Source: a virus. From it: a stretch of DNA of 64,000 nucleotides. The position numbers and the translations under genes were made by a program. Below the pieces are notes generated by a model. It was not told where the DNA came from, made no database searches, and was given only the letters and a program-made list of their open reading frames with translations. Below, piece after piece: positions 62,780 to 64,000 of this stretch (positions within the stretch are counted from its first letter, which is position 1; each line of letters starts with the position of its first letter). Where the stretch lies: the IMG/VR virus record IMGVR_UViG_3300050160_000070, one strand, 5' to 3'.

Positions 62780-63331
62780 ATGGCACAAACGGTCCACCAA
62801 GGATTGCGTTCGTTGTATCCTGAGATTAAAAAGCGCCGCATGAGCTCGGGTGCGTTTTCTGAAGTGTTTCACGACCCTAACCACAATGATCGGGTGATCA
62901 AGGTAACTAACGATCCTGCGTACATGAAGTACATTCGTTGGTGTCAGAAACAAGTCGATAATCCGTTTGTGCCGAAGGTGTATGACGTTAAGCGTATCTA
63001 CGTTAATTGGGCTGGAGAAGATCGCTGGGTTCATGTGATCAGCCTCGAAAAGCTCCGCCATATTCCGTCAAATCGCGTGCATAAGTTGTGTCCTACCCTA
63101 CACAAAAATGGAGCAGAAAACCTATACACAGCGGAATATACGCATCCTGATGCGTTGTTTTTCAAGGATTGGAAGCGCCTGGCAAAGACGACCAAGGACC
63201 CCCATTTGAAAAAATTGCTGAAGTATATTACAGTTGTAAATGCTGAGATTGACCTTCACGAAGGCAACATCATGATTCGACCATCCACAAAACAATACGT
63301 GTTTACGGATCCCCTCGTTACCGATCTATAA
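62780..63331 (+). CDS. minimal protein-kinase-like / phosphotransferase protein
   Basis: Gly-loop SSGAFSEV, VIK lysine, VPKVY, catalytic DLHEGNIM, FTDP. Confidence 0.75.
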   Translation: MAQTVHQGLRSLYPEIKKRRMSSGAFSEVFHDPNHNDRVIKVTNDPAYMKYIRWCQKQVDNPFVPKVYDVKRIYVNWAGEDRWVHVISLEKLRHIPSNRVHKLCPTLHKNGAENLYTAEYTHPDALFFKDWKRLAKTTKDPHLKKLLKYITVVNAEIDLHEGNIMIRPSTKQYVFTDPLVTDL

Positions 63332-63339
63332 GGACCATT

Positions 63340-63855
63340 ATGACCGACGGCATTAACCTGACCCCCAGCGATTCCAAGCCGTTGTACGTTCCGAATTTGG
63401 AGCGTTACAGCAAGGACCCACAACACCCGGCCGTGGTTCGTGCTCTTGCGTATGACCGACTAACTGACCCGCACGGCTATCTCAGGGTTGGTGACTGGAT
63501 TCGTAGTCTGAACGCCGCTGATCTGTACCTACTTGGTCGCTTGGCGGAAATCGCTGCAAGCGAGGGGGAGGCTACGGCCACATATACCTACATCGGACTC
63601 ACTGTGATTCTGTCGTCTGGTGAGGGTATTGTGTTCGACAATGACGACCAGATTCAACAAGGTGTTCAACTGCTGATGTTGATTGTCACAATGGAAGCGC
63701 TAGCGCGCAAGGGCTTGATTGAGGTGTCGTATGACAACCTCTCCCTCGACCCCAGCGCTGATGCTGACTGGGCTAAGGTGGTTGATCATCACGGTCTTGA
63801 AAATCTTCGCGACCAATACCGCAAGGAAACTGGAAATGATCTTCCGGGGGAGTAA
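63340..63855 (+). CDS. hypothetical protein
   Basis: AAGGA SD; 171 aa. Confidence 0.75.
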   Translation: MTDGINLTPSDSKPLYVPNLERYSKDPQHPAVVRALAYDRLTDPHGYLRVGDWIRSLNAADLYLLGRLAEIAASEGEATATYTYIGLTVILSSGEGIVFDNDDQIQQGVQLLMLIVTMEALARKGLIEVSYDNLSLDPSADADWAKVVDHHGLENLRDQYRKETGNDLPGE

Positions 63856-63863
63856 ATACCCAC

Positions 63864-63959
63864 ATGAAGAAACATGACATCTGTCCAACCCTCATCGTAT
63901 CTGCTGTGACCGCAATCTCAGCAATTGCTGCATACATTGTGGCAACTATTCCAAAGTAA
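63864..63959 (+). CDS. 31-aa TM peptide
   Basis: After TAAATA at 63853. Confidence 0.4.
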   Translation: MKKHDICPTLIVSAVTAISAIAAYIVATIPK

Positions 63960-64000
63960 TAGGTGCCGCGTTGTCAACCGCTTGGGGTGATTGTATAATC

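Noticed and set aside
1-64000. Genome-wide TGA recoding (genetic code 4/25)
   Set aside because: Many genes end in TGA followed directly by the next promoter or start, and Trp is encoded by TGG; only two in-frame TGA cases were found.

Overview
This 64-kb window reads as a segment of a large (probably jumbo, T4-superfamily-like) lytic phage genome. Support: dense small ORFs mostly on the + strand, adjacent rIIA/rIIB, phage tRNAs, T4-late-like TAAATA boxes and a free-standing HNH endonuclease. The ACP, SmpB and TAXI sequences and the GC-rich early genes suggest a proteobacterial host (inference). 1-20.5 kb holds accessory/metabolic genes: a DUF932-like protein, an RlmN-like radical-SAM RNA methylase, rIIA, an rIIB carrying a C-terminal acyl-carrier-protein domain, SET, CDF, AAA ATPase, TAXI, two paralogous membrane-anchored proteins and a metallophosphatase. 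It also holds two unusual RNA loci: a ~530-nt ORF-poor structured RNA resembling ROOL whose domains appear to be in permuted order, and a 123-nt CCA-ending tRNA-like RNA without an anticodon loop. 20.6-48 kb is an early-gene region built from mostly single-gene cassettes. More than 35 sigma70-type promoters occur there, most embedded in a sequence-variable inverted repeat that brackets the -10 hexamer. The same region has five proteins sharing a C-terminal HTH-like domain (one fused to a SprT protease), tRNA-Thr(TGT), tRNA-Ile2/Met(CAT), and a ~900-nt cluster of long-stem structured RNAs and tRNA mimics. 48-64 kb contains SmpB, Nudix, GatB/YqeY-like, ATP-grasp and kinase-like genes, many small membrane proteins and another ~320-nt ORF-poor structured region. 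No CRISPR array, integrase, reverse transcriptase or rRNA was found. All family calls come from motif recognition by eye, not from database searches.
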